64,000 bases of DNA from Eledone cirrhosa. Lineage: Eukaryota. Of the stretch, positions 53,261 to 64,000 are shown one piece after another. The notes beneath the pieces are model-generated. The model was not told the DNA's origin. It ran no database searches and saw nothing but the letters and a program-made list of their open reading frames with translations. Position numbers and translations under genes: made by a program. Every line of letters starts with the position of its first letter. Position 1 is the stretch's first letter. The DNA lies in NCBI GenBank assembly GCA_964016885.1, contig OZ024743.1:61132001-61196000 (forward strand), in the 5' to 3' direction.

Positions 53261-53441
53261 ATAGTGTTAAACTAATGGTGAAACTCTAAGCAATCTACCG
53301 CTAATAAATCAGAAATATACATTGGTCAATTTGGTTGAGAAGTTACAGCGGAAGATAGTTATATATATATATGGTAGCGTGGAAAATGGACGTTACACGA
53401 TGATGATGGTGATATATATATATGAATATAAATCAAGATCA

Positions 53442-53499
<58 letters not shown>

Positions 53500-53609
53500 C
53501 TTTAATCTGTTATTTTAATAAATATGTGCTCTAGGGTTCTTATATATTTGATATATATTTATCCTTATCGAGCCCTCTTTGGAGTTTAGTCAGCACATTT
53601 ATTACTATT

Positions 53610-53651
<42 letters not shown>

Positions 53652-53785
53652 TAGAAGGGGTATTTAATGTGTTGTGAAGCCGACAAATATAAATGTCTAT
53701 AACTGATTTAGAGCACTCAACAGCTTACTGGTGTAAATATTCAATGATATTAAATAAATGGAAACTATATTTATAAAACCATATT

Positions 53786-53848
53786 TATTTTATTATATAT
53801 ATTTCAATGGTACCAAGACACATTGGTACGCTTTCATCAGACAAAATA
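53786..53848 (-). ncRNA. Type I hammerhead motif (family D) inside inverted repeat 53742-54008
   Basis: Minus strand TATTTTGT-CTGATGA-AAGC-GTACCAA/TGTGTC/TTGGTAC-CATT-GAAA-TATATA-TA-ATAAAATA; 8-bp stem I with one G-U pair; palindromic stem III. Confidence 0.7.
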
Positions 53849-54003
53849 CAAAGTTTGTTTTATAAATAGAGACATACCCATGAAAATCATACCTTATCGG
53901 TTGGATATCCACTGGATAGCCTATCCAATGTGTCTTGGTACCCTTGAAATATTATAATAAAATAAATATGGTTTTATAAATATAGTTTCCATTTATTTAA
54001 TAT

Positions 54004-54070
<67 letters not shown>

Positions 54071-54074
<4 letters not shown>

Positions 54075-55589
54075 TATAGACATAGAATATTCGAAAATAT
54101 TCTGTATGTTTATAATAAACATTTTGAAGACCTAATCGCTATAGAATAGAATACGTCACGTATTACAATTAGATTCTCGATAAAAGCAAGGGAAGTAATC
54201 TACGCGTTTCATTCTTGTTAGAAATCATCAGGACTACATATCCAGTGCTTTTATCGAGAATGACACAGCTAGAGACTTATAGAATACTTAGCTGTGTACA
54301 GGAACTGGTTTGAAAGAGCGGTTGCCGGTCCGGCAGAAATTAGAAATTGGAATAAATGCTCTGAAATAGCGATATATATGTGAATATAGACATAGAATAT
54401 TCGAAAATATTCTGTATGTTTATAATAAACATTTTGAAGACCTAATCGCTATAGAATAGAATACGTCACGTATTACAATTAGATTCTCGATAAAAGCAAG
54501 GGAAGTAATCTACGCGTTTCATTCTTGTTAGAAATCATCAGGACTACATATCCAGTGCTTTTATCGAGAATGACACAGCTAGAGACTTATAGAATACTTA
54601 GCTGTGTACAGGAACTGGTTTGAAAGAGCGGTTGCCGGTCCGGCAGAAATTAGAAATTGGAATAAATGCTCTGAAATAGCGATATATATGTGAATATAGA
54701 CATAGAATATTCGAAAATATTCTGTATGTTTATAATAAACATTTTGAAGACCTAATCGCTATAGAATAGAATACGTCACGTATTACAATTAGATTCTCGA
54801 TAAAAGCAAGGGAAGTAATCTACGCGTTTCATTCTTGTTAGAAATCATCAGGACTACATATCCAGTGCTTTTATCGAGAATGACACAGCTAGAGACTTAT
54901 AGAATACTTAGCTGTGTACAGGAACTGGTTTGAAAGAGCGGTTGCCGGTCCGGCAGAAATTAGAAATTGGAATAAATGCTCTGAAATAGCGATATATATG
55001 TGAATATAGACATAGAATATTCGAAAATATTCTGTATGTTTATAATAAACATTTTGAAGACCTAATCGCTATAGAATAGAATACGTCACGTATTACAATT
55101 AGATTCTCGATAAAAGCAAGGGAAGTAATCTACGCGTTTCATTCTTGTTAGAAATCATCAGGACTACATATCCAGTGCTTTTATCGAGAATGACACAGCT
55201 AGAGACTTATAGAATACTTAGCTGTGTACAGGAACTGGTTTGAAAGAGCGGTTGCCGGTCCGGCAGAAATTAGAAATTGGAATAAATGCTCTGAAATAGC
55301 GATATATATGTGAATATAGACATAGAATATTCGAAAATATTCTGTATGTTTATAATAAACATTTTGAAGACCTAATCGCTATAGAATAGAATACGTCACG
55401 TATTACAATTAGATTCTCGATAAAAGCAAGGGAAGTAATCTACGCGTTTCATTCTTGTTAGAAATCATCAGGACTACATATCCAGTGCTTTTATCGAGAA
55501 TGACACAGCTAGAGACTTATAGAATACTTAGCTGTGTACAGGAACTGGTTTGAAAGAGCGGTTGCCGGTCCGGCAGAAATTAGAAATTG

Positions 55590-55594
<5 letters not shown>
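54071..55594 (-). repeat. 4.9 x 310-bp tandem array in (TA)n; candidate non-LTR retrozyme
   Basis: Units start at 54071, 54381, 54691, 55001, 55311 and appear identical; one HHR per unit; no ORF. Confidence 0.95.
54195..54237 (-). ncRNA. Minimal type I hammerhead (family B); repeated at 54505-54547, 54815-54857, 55125-55167, 55435-55477
   Basis: Minus strand GTAGTC-CTGATGA-T-TTCT/AACA/AGAA-T-GAAA-CGCG-TA-GATTAC; palindromic ACGCGT stem III; predicted cut between 54201 and 54200. Confidence 0.9.
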
Positions 55595-55634
<40 letters not shown>

Positions 55635-55800
55635 TATATACATATATATATTTGTTACTCTAAATATAAATTATAGCTTTAAAGAATTAGCTTTTAATGA
55701 ATTCCCTTTCTATCAACCAATGACCTCTACCCATCCCACTCCCTACCCTCTCCTACCACCTGAAGAGACCTATAAATACCATATTTATTTTTTGATACCC

Positions 55801-55851
55801 AGATTCCTGATGATTTCTAAAGAATGAAACAGTTCTAGTCCTGTAGAATCT
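55801..55851 (+). ncRNA. Type I hammerhead motif (family A) in element 55660-55870
   Basis: AGATTC-CTGATGA-TTTCTAAAGAAT-GAAA-CAGTTCTAGTCCTG-TA-GAATCT; flanked by (TA)n. Confidence 0.85.
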
Positions 55852-55863
55852 CATCTATATTAA

Positions 55864-55927
<64 letters not shown>

Positions 55928-56187
55928 TTCAAGAGTAACCAATCTTAAAGAGAGAGATGGAGATAGGAGAGGAGAGATTGGTGAATTAGTTAGAAGCCAA
56001 AGCGTAAAAGCATGTACTCAATGTGCAATATGCAGTGGAAGGCAGCTAGGTGGCTGGGTTCATGCAGAGGTTAGGTGCACAGAGCTGGAAATATTCATTA
56101 GTTAAGCAAAACAAGACCACAAATTTCACAAGGAAGACATTATTAAAAGATTGTCAACATATTTTAGTTTGATGTAAGGAATGTAGA

Positions 56188-56225
<38 letters not shown>

Positions 56226-56587
56226 TTAATAATAATTGTTTCTACTTTGGGCACAAGGCCAGCAATTATTCCAGTGTATTAATAATATTAATAATAATAA
56301 TGTCCGTTTACAATTGTTTCGCTACTCCATATAATATTTCTGGATCAAATGATTATATATCATTATTGATCTGGTTCAGTTGAAAATAATTAACATAGGT
56401 AGAAATAGAGCAGCTCGTCGGAACTTCAAAAGGAATATAAATTAAAATAAGGAAAGAATGTTACATAAATGTAATGTTCCATATGTTGGTATTTCACTAT
56501 GGTATCCTGGGTATATCAATTGTCTGCCATAGTGGAGCAGTATTCTTCTGTCGAGGCTGCATTGTGTGAGATCTGCCTATGGGTAAC

Positions 56588-58480
56588 AAGATGGCCGCCA
56601 ATGGACATATTTACCTTACTATATGTAGAGGGTGGTTTCAGTGGAAGTAACTTCTCGAGAGATTAGAAATTGTGGGTAGTTTATAGTTAAGTTTAATTTT
56701 TTTAATTTTTTAATTTTTTAACCGTTCAATGGACGAAGAAAATCTTGTGTGACCTCTGTATTACCGAAGTATATTACATAACTCTATCACGACCTCTACC
56801 GATTAACGATAGAACGGAGGCAACTATTAGCTGTCAACATCGAAGGGCTAATTCCTTCGCCAACAGAATATTTGACCCAACAGTCATCTAGCCCCATTTT
56901 TACTTGTAGCTAATAAGTTAAATAGCTATAACTAACTTAGATAATTATAAGTTACCTCCCTTACATTGTCTCTCAATTAAAAAATTAAAAACTGCTGGTT
57001 CGAGATAAACTCTACAGGCACGGAAGTGCTGTCAGGCGTACCTGCCCGAGATGCGCGCAGTGCGACGAAACCGTTCTGCACGCACTCGTCCAGTGTCCTT
57101 GCATTACTGGCTTGTGGAGTCCTGTCGAACAGCTGTTATCGCGTGTAGAACGGATCCGGCAATCGACCGAGTCCATAGTGAAGATCGACGTGCCGCCTTC
57201 TTTTGGCGAAAGAGGTTGTATGGTGTACTAGGTTGAAAGGACTGAAGACAGACACTTTTCTCTTCGGCCAATCCCTCATCAACTTTTTCAAGTCTCAATT
57301 GGAAAGGAAGGTGAGGGTGGAGAGAGAAGTCCTGCCCCCACCCCCCACCCCTCCAGTACATTTGGTGAAAGGTGGGTGAATGTGACGAGAATGGCCCGTG
57401 TGAGTGGGCTTACTCTGATCATGCGCCTGCAGGCTGGTGAATTTGAGGAGGAGAGGGTTGCCCTTCCCGGGTGCTCTCGAAGCGTCGGGTGGTTCAGGTT
57501 GCTTGGACACCTTTTGTATCCTCAAATTCATTAGATATAACATGTTTTCAAGCCACAGGTTAATCTACAGTAGGATCAGCAGTCGAATTGTGTTGGGTTT
57601 TTTAGAGAGAAAGTTAAAAGATTGTTAGTAAACATAGTTAGATAAGATTAGAATTTTCTTTAAATATCGATAAGGCGCTTTTGTCGTTACATGGAAATGA
57701 GGAAGCTTCATTAAAAAAAATTTGGGGCTATTGCAATTGAGTAACAGGTGGCTAGACGTTAGAGACGAGGGAGGGTTTAGCGTGTCATTCTTCTCCTCCT
57801 CCTCCTCCTCCTCCTTCTCCTTCTTCTTCTTCTTCAAATACACCTTCTAGTGGGTCCTGTCAGAAGCAACCGTCTCCAACTGATCCGGTTGGATCACCAA
57901 GCGAGACCAGTCAAGCTCATGGATGATGGATGTTATCCTACCAACTTGCTGTCTGTCCAAGGGTCTCCTTTCGGTTGGCATTTGCCTGTAAAATCTGTCC
58001 AGCGATTCTTTCCTGAGACATTCTATCCTCATGCCCTTAGTATCGGAGCTGTGATCTCTCAATCCGAAGAAATAGCAGCTCTACCTGGAGTGACATTCTG
58101 ATTTCCGAGCTACGCACTCTATCGAGTAACGTTACTTCAAAGACCCTTCGAAAAAAAAAAAAACCCATTGCGTCTGTCATTCACTTAGTTAATTTCATTA
58201 GAGGCACTCTAATGAAATAGAGGTATATGTGTTTTGGTTATAGTTAAAGCGTGACACACGCCACGTGCGGTGGGTATGTCACGACAGGTGTTGTTGCATA
58301 GCCTACGTGAGATAAGAAGGGAGTTGGCTGTTGGCAGGACTGCTTACTTGGTTGAACGGGAGCGAAGCGCATAGGATCGGTGCCCCTGATTTCGTCCACT
58401 TCCGCATAGGAGCACATGGCGGCATTTCTTTACTGTGCCGAGATTTTTACCATAGTTGCTTCTTTGTTAGGCAAACATGT
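56588..58480. promoter_or_regulatory. Possible housekeeping-type promoter region (CpG-retaining patches with YY1/ETS/NRF1-like motifs)
   Basis: AAGATGGCCGCC 56588, CGGAAGTG 57021, TGCGCGCA 57052, CACTTCCG 58397, CATGGCGGC 58415; motif match only. Confidence 0.3.
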
Positions 58481-59994
58481 ACGTGGCGGTTGAAATAAAT
58501 TACTAATTCATTCATCAATTACTCGTTTTTTTGGTTTTGTTTTTTATTTAACTGTTTGTATTGTGTTTGTGTTGTGTTATACTTTATCATTTAATGTTTA
58601 TTTTGCTTCAGTTTGGTATTTTTCGATTCAAACTCGTTCTATACATTTGTTTTGTTTGTTAGAGATAGCTGACATTTGAGTGTTGCTTAGTATAAGCTTG
58701 ATTTACTGTTATTAAATATTTATGATTTTGTGTTGTTTAAATTACTGTTATTTCCTGATGTGAGTTTTATTTTAATATATATTGTTTCGTGTTTAGATTT
58801 ACTTTAATATAGTGCTTATTTGGTCTAACTCATGTATTTAATTTACACTTTCTATAATGTTTCGTAGAGGTGTTATTTTCTCGGATTGTTTGGAGGACGT
58901 TTCTGCATAATTTCGATTTGATTATTTAATTGTTGAGTCTCTATTTTCATTTCATTCCTGATTACTCAGGATTTTTTTTTTTTTTTTTTCAAGGGAATCG
59001 TGGTTTGGTGTCATTTAATTTGTTGTGATTTACTGGTTGGTTAAGCTGAATAGGTTTTGGGCTAGGTTGATGGATGATTGTTGGGTTTTCGTTTGGTCGG
59101 TCTGATTCAAGTTGTTCAACATGTGATTCACTTCGTTGGGGTCATATAGGTCGAAAATTATTTCTGCTGGTTGTATTTGTTTTCTGGGCATGCAATGTCA
59201 ATTACGTAATGGGATAGTGGTTGCTGCAAAGTAATATAAACCCACTGGTAGAAAGGCTTAAAATTAAAGTGAAGGGTTTGATTGGTTGTCAGAAGTATTC
59301 GCAGAATTTTCTGGACTTCGAAGTTACATAAAACACTGTAAAAATGTATATTTATAGCAGGGGCCAGATAGCACGAATAGATATGTAGCCTTTTTGGTTA
59401 ATGAGATTTTAGCAGTGGTTAAAGAGGCTTTTGTTAAGTCTTATGATGCGATTCTTAACAATAGTGGTATGGATGTGAGATGGTGTATACTATTGAGTAC
59501 TTCGTTTTGGGCTACATTGAAAAGAATAGATCGGATAAAAACCCTGCACGTTTATGTTTTCTCTACATGGTATACTAGTTTAACACTAGACTGGAATGGA
59601 TAAAGGAGTGAATAGGATAATAGACCTGACTTTCGGGCAGAAATATAGGTATGTTTCTTTTGAGAACAGGAAAGGATTGATGTCTACAATAAAGTATAAC
59701 TGATACACATGCTGGACAAAAGTTAAGCTCAAACGAACGGTTGGATCCATAGCAAATAATACATATGTTACTTTTGCATTTACTCTTTTCAAACAGGTCA
59801 AAGGCATACAGATAGGCGGTACCTGCAGTTCGCTCCTGGCGGATTTATATTTATGCCCTTGTGAGTTCATTTTTCTGGTAGATTCGAGGAGACTATGGAG
59901 GATTTAACAGTTAGCTGGATGCTGTAGTTACATTGATGATGTTTCTGTTCTGTAGCTACATAGATTATATTTGCATGCAATTTATCCTGATAAA

Positions 59995-60612
59995 TTGTTG
60001 GCCTTGTGCCTAAATCAGAAACCATTATAAATACGGCCCGTTACGTTCTAATTTCAAATCCTGCCGAGGTTACCTTTGCCTTTCATCCTTACGGAGTCAA
60101 TAAAATAAAGTACCAGTAAGAACTGTCGTCGACCCTCCCCCCTCGCCCTTCAAATAGCTTGCCGTGTGCCTAAAGTAGAAACAATTACTGTTATTATTAT
60201 CAGGATTCTTATGGCGGTGGATTGACAGTATCGGTAGAGGGTCAGTCACCATGCTTTGCAGCATAGTTACGGCCCTTTGTGATCTGAGATCAAATTCAGC
60301 CGAGTTAACTTTGCCTTTCATCCTTACGGGGTCGCACTGGGGTCGATTTAATCGACTTTCCCCTCCCCTCAAATTATTGGCCTTGTGCCTATACTAAAAA
60401 TCATTATTATCGGGTTTCTTAGGGTGGTGGATAGGCAGTATCGGTAGAGGGTCAGTCAGTGCTTTGCAGCATAGAGTTACGGCCCTTTATGATCTGAGAT
60501 CAAATCCCGCTGAGGTTAACTTTTACCTTTCATCCTTACGGAGTCGATAAAATAAAGTACCAGTAATGCACTGGATAATTGCTGGCCTTGTGCCAAAAGT
60601 AGAAACAATTAT
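59995..60612 (+). mobile_element. Tandem cluster of 3-4 Nin-type SINE copies
   Basis: Repeated heads at ~60215, ~60425 and tails GGCCTTGTGCC.AAA..AGAAAC at ~60000, 60165, 60380, 60585. Confidence 0.85.
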
Positions 60613-60902
60613 TTATCGGGATTCTTTGTCCGATGTAACTTAAACCGTTTCAATAGCGAACAAAAAGGCGACCGGGAAAAAGATTCCTTATCACATCAAC
60701 ACTAATGCCCTTACGTATAGAGGACTAATGGGAATGCTGGTCGTTTTACTTGTCTTAACTATTAACATCTAATGTTAATCTCTATATAGTCACATGGTAG
60801 TTATAATGTTGGTGTTGACAGGAAATCTAACAATACCACAGAGATGTCAATAGTCAGTGATAAGTTCATTAAATATATAACATGACATATCTTAAATATC
60901 AC

Positions 60903-61487
60903 ATGGTTGTGATGGTGGTGTTGGTGGCGGCGGTTGTGGTAGTGGTGTTGTTGGTGTTGTTGGTGGTGTTGATGGTTGTGTTTGCGGTGGTGGTGGTGTT
61001 GGGGGGTGTGGTGGTAGTGGTGGTGGTGATGATTGTGGTGGTGATTTTGTTGGTGTTGGTGGTGGCCGTGGTATTGGTAGTGGTGGTGGTGGTGGTGGCG
61101 CTGGTGTTGGTAGTGGTGGTGATGGTGGTGGTGTTGTCGGTGGTAGTGGTAGTGTTTTGCGGTGGGGGTTGTGGTAGTGGTGGTAGTGATTTTGGTAGTG
61201 ATATTGGTGTTGGTGTTGGTGGTGGTGGTGGTGGTGGTGGATTTGGCGATGTTGTTGCTGTTGGTGATGGCGGCGGTGGTGGTGATTATGGTGGTGGTGG
61301 TGGTGGTATTGACGATGTTGATGGCAGTAGTAGTAGTGGTGGTGGTATTGGCGATGTTGATGGCAGTAGTAGTAGTGGTGGTGGTATTGGTGATGGTGGT
61401 GGTGATGGTGGTAGTGGTAGTGGTGGTAGTAGTGTTGCAGAGAATGGTAGACGGTGGTGATATTTGTGATAGTAGTAGTAGTGGTGT
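60903..61487. repeat. Degenerate (GGT/GAT/AGT)n trinucleotide tract
   Basis: Directly visible low-complexity sequence. Confidence 0.9.
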
Positions 61488-61546
61488 TTCTCAGAGAAAC
61501 AGTAAACACGTTGAAAGCAATATTTTGATAAATATGGCTATTAATA

Positions 61547-61730
61547 ACTGTTTCTATTTTAGGCACAAGGCCAGCAATTACCCAGTACGTTACTGGTACT
61601 TTATTTTATCGACCCCGTAAGGATGAAAGGCAAAGTTAACCTCGGCGGGATTTGAACTCAGATCATAAAGGGACGTAATTCTATGCTTCAAAGCATGGTG
61701 TCCGACTCTCTACCGATAGTGGCAATCCAC
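61547..61730 (-). mobile_element. Nin-type SINE copy
   Basis: Reverse complement of 5511-5699. Confidence 0.85.
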
Positions 61731-61856
61731 ATTAATAACGTGGATAATAAAGAGTATGTTGGCGTTGTATACACATATATTACATATATACACCATACCA
61801 TTTCTACACACTACAATATATATGAAAGCTATAACATATACATACACCTACGTGTA

Positions 61857-61951
<95 letters not shown>

Positions 61952-61955
<4 letters not shown>

Positions 61956-64000
61956 TCATCAATCATCATCATCAACGTTTAACGTCCGTGTTCCACGCTT
62001 GCATGGGTTTGGACGGGGGTAGTCCCACTTGAGGCAAGAGTGATTGTCTTGCTCGCATAGGACTGTCTGGCAGGTTTTCTACAGTTGGATGCCCTTCCTA
62101 ACACCAACCACATTTACAGTGTGGGTCTGGGAGGTTTTTACCGTGTTGCCTACACGGCCACATTACAGCGTGGACTGTGTGTTTTTTTGTCGTGACACCT
62201 ACACGATCTCATTTGTTTCGGCCTCGATGGCGCGGCACCAACATAACTTTACATAGAACGGGGTGGTGTGGATGGGGTAGGGGTGGGGGTGGTGGGACGG
62301 GGTGTATTTTGTTAGGGATGCCTACTGGCTGGAGTAGGTTTTACTATATATTTAGGTAAGGCGGGTCTTCTCTGTTACTGAGTACCGCCAAAGGTCTCGG
62401 TCCAGTGACATTGTCTTGGAGAGGTGTAAGTGTGTGATGTCGGAGTTTATCAGCTCGTCCCAGGTTTTTCTAGGTCTGCCTATTCCGTGACTACCGTCTA
62501 TCTTTATTGCCCTGCACTTTGTTATACAGCTATCGACTTTCATGCGCATCACGTGTCCATACCAACGTAGCCTTCTCTCGAGTAAACAACATCTGATCCC
62601 TCTTATCTCTAATTTTTTCCTTAGTTCATTTATGCTTTGCCGTTCACGTATATTACTGTTACACATCCAGCGGAGCATGCAAGCTTCGTTCCTCTCTAGT
62701 CTGCGTATATCCTCTGCACACAATGCCCAGGTCTCACTGCCATGCAGCATTGCTGTTCGTATGCAGGCATCGTACAACCTGCCTTTCATTTTTAGTGAGA
62801 ACCCTTTAGCAGCTAATAGTGGTATAAGCTCTCTGAACTTTTTCCAACCAGTTCTGACTCTAGCTACAGTACTTTCAGAGCACCCTCCCCCACTGCTGAT
62901 TTTATCGCTCAGGTAACGGAAGCTGTCCACTATTTCTATAGAACCCTCTGCGCAATTGAAAGAGCTAGTAGCTTGTGGGCACTTGCTGCTACTTATTGCA
63001 CCAGAGCACCGGCCACATGTAAAATCTATGTTCTTAGTTAGCTTACCTGTGATCCCACTACATCTTTTATGCACCCATACTTTGCATTTAGGACATAAAA
63101 TGGAGTTTCTACCTACGCCTTTCCTACACACCGAGCACGACCATTTCCCAGAAGGGACCGCCGCCTTGTTTTCTTTCCTACAAACTAGTACTTTGGTCTT
63201 AGCCAGGTTAATTTTAAGTCCTTTTGACTCTAGGCCGTGCTTCCATGTTTGGAATTTCTTCTCTAGCTCGGCCATTGATTCCGCTATGAGTGTCAGGTCG
63301 TCTGCGTATAGAAGTTCCCATGGGCAGCCTGTCTTGAACTCCTCTGTTATAGCCTGAAGGGCAATAATAAATAGTAGTGGGCTGAGAACAGAGCCCTGAT
63401 GGACGCCAACTTTTACGCTAAACTCTTCACTATATTCGTTGTTAATTCTAACCTTGCTGACTGTTTCTTTATACATGGCTTGTATAGCCCTAACAAGCCA
63501 TTCGTCAACGCCTAGTTTTCTAAGAGCCCACCAGATAATGGAGCGGGGGACTCTGTCGAAGGCTTTCTCCAAGTCGACAAAAGCTAAGTAGAGGGGTTTA
63601 CCTTTAGCTAGGTACCTCTCCTGTAGTTGTCGTACTATGAAAAGAGCGTCTGTGGTACTTTTGCCTGACACAAACCCGAACTGCATTTCATCTAGGTCAA
63701 TTCTCTCTCTGATTAGTTGCGCTATTACTTTTTCCGTGACCTTCATGACCTGGTCGATTAATTTAATGCCTCTATAGTTACTCCTATCTAGGGCGTCTCC
63801 TTTACCCTTATAACAGTTAACGATGATGCTGCTATGCCAGTCCTTCGGAACAACCCCATTCTGTACGACTTGGTTAACTATGCGGGTGACCATGGTGTGT
63901 CCCACCATGCCAGATGCCTTCAGCATCTCAGCAACTATTTCCGAAGGCCCAGCCGCCTTACCCGTCTTCATATCCTTGATTGCCTTACTTATTATACTCC
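61952..64000 (-). mobile_element. RTE-clade LINE, 3' part (continues beyond window), with (ATG)n tail next to (TA)n
   Basis: RT ORF, ~400-bp 3'UTR, tail ...CGGACGTTAAACGTTGATGATGATGATTGATGATGA. Confidence 0.92.
62352..63971 (-). CDS. RTE-clade reverse transcriptase with PHD finger after the RT core (frame open to window edge)
   Basis: GKAAGP, NYRGIKL, MQFGF, FVDLEKAFDRVPR, GVHQGSVLSPLLF, LLYADDL, PHD CSVC..V..NSILCPKCKVWVHKRC...FTCGRC, RRLRWYGHVMR, GRPRKTW. Confidence 0.93.
   Translation of the reverse strand: MKTGKAAGPSEIVAEMLKASGMVGHTMVTRIVNQVVQNGVVPKDWHSSIIVNCYKGKGDALDRSNYRGIKLIDQVMKVTEKVIAQLIRERIDLDEMQFGFVSGKSTTDALFIVRQLQERYLAKGKPLYLAFVDLEKAFDRVPRSIIWWALRKLGVDEWLVRAIQAMYKETVSKVRINNEYSEEFSVKVGVHQGSVLSPLLFIIALQAITEEFKTGCPWELLYADDLTLIAESMAELEKKFQTWKHGLESKGLKINLAKTKVLVCRKENKAAVPSGKWSCSVCRKGVGRNSILCPKCKVWVHKRCSGITGKLTKNIDFTCGRCSGAISSSKCPQATSSFNCAEGSIEIVDSFRYLSDKISSGGGCSESTVARVRTGWKKFRELIPLLAAKGFSLKMKGRLYDACIRTAMLHGSETWALCAEDIRRLERNEACMLRWMCNSNIRERQSINELRKKLEIRGIRCCLLERRLRWYGHVMRMKVDSCITKCRAIKIDGSHGIGRPRKTWDELINSDITHLHLSKTMSLDRDLWRYSVTEKTRLT

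Noticed and set aside
59080-59900. Possible decayed LINE on the minus strand
   Set aside because: Only faint resemblance to a LINE C-terminus; no diagnostic motif readable

Overview
AT-rich, microsatellite-saturated eukaryotic DNA, most likely a coleoid cephalopod (Octopus-like). This is inferred from the tRNA/Nin-domain SINE family and the repeat landscape, not proven. No host protein-coding gene can be supported; nearly all listed ORFs are translations of (TA)n/(CA)n/(TACA)n/(CAC)n tracts or antisense shadows. Real coding signal comes only from transposons: two Helitrons (16.3-18.9 kb minus; about 23.4-28.9 kb plus, frameshifted RepHel), CRE-clade, R4/Dong, HERO and RTE LINE pieces (one RTE ORF with a PHD finger stays open to the window end), a Penelope-like GIY-YIG fragment, a mariner scrap, MITEs and many SINEs. 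The standout signal is non-coding. About 15 complete or partial type I hammerhead ribozyme (HHR) motifs from at least five unrelated short-element families sit in or beside (TA)n tracts, often as fold-back palindromes. They include a 4.9-copy, apparently identical 310-bp tandem array (54071-55594) with one minimal HHR per highly structured unit, a candidate circular-RNA-producing non-LTR retrozyme. A parallel set of RTE-derived and R4/Dong elements stacks into (TACA)n tracts. All structures were read by eye; nothing was folded, aligned or searched computationally.
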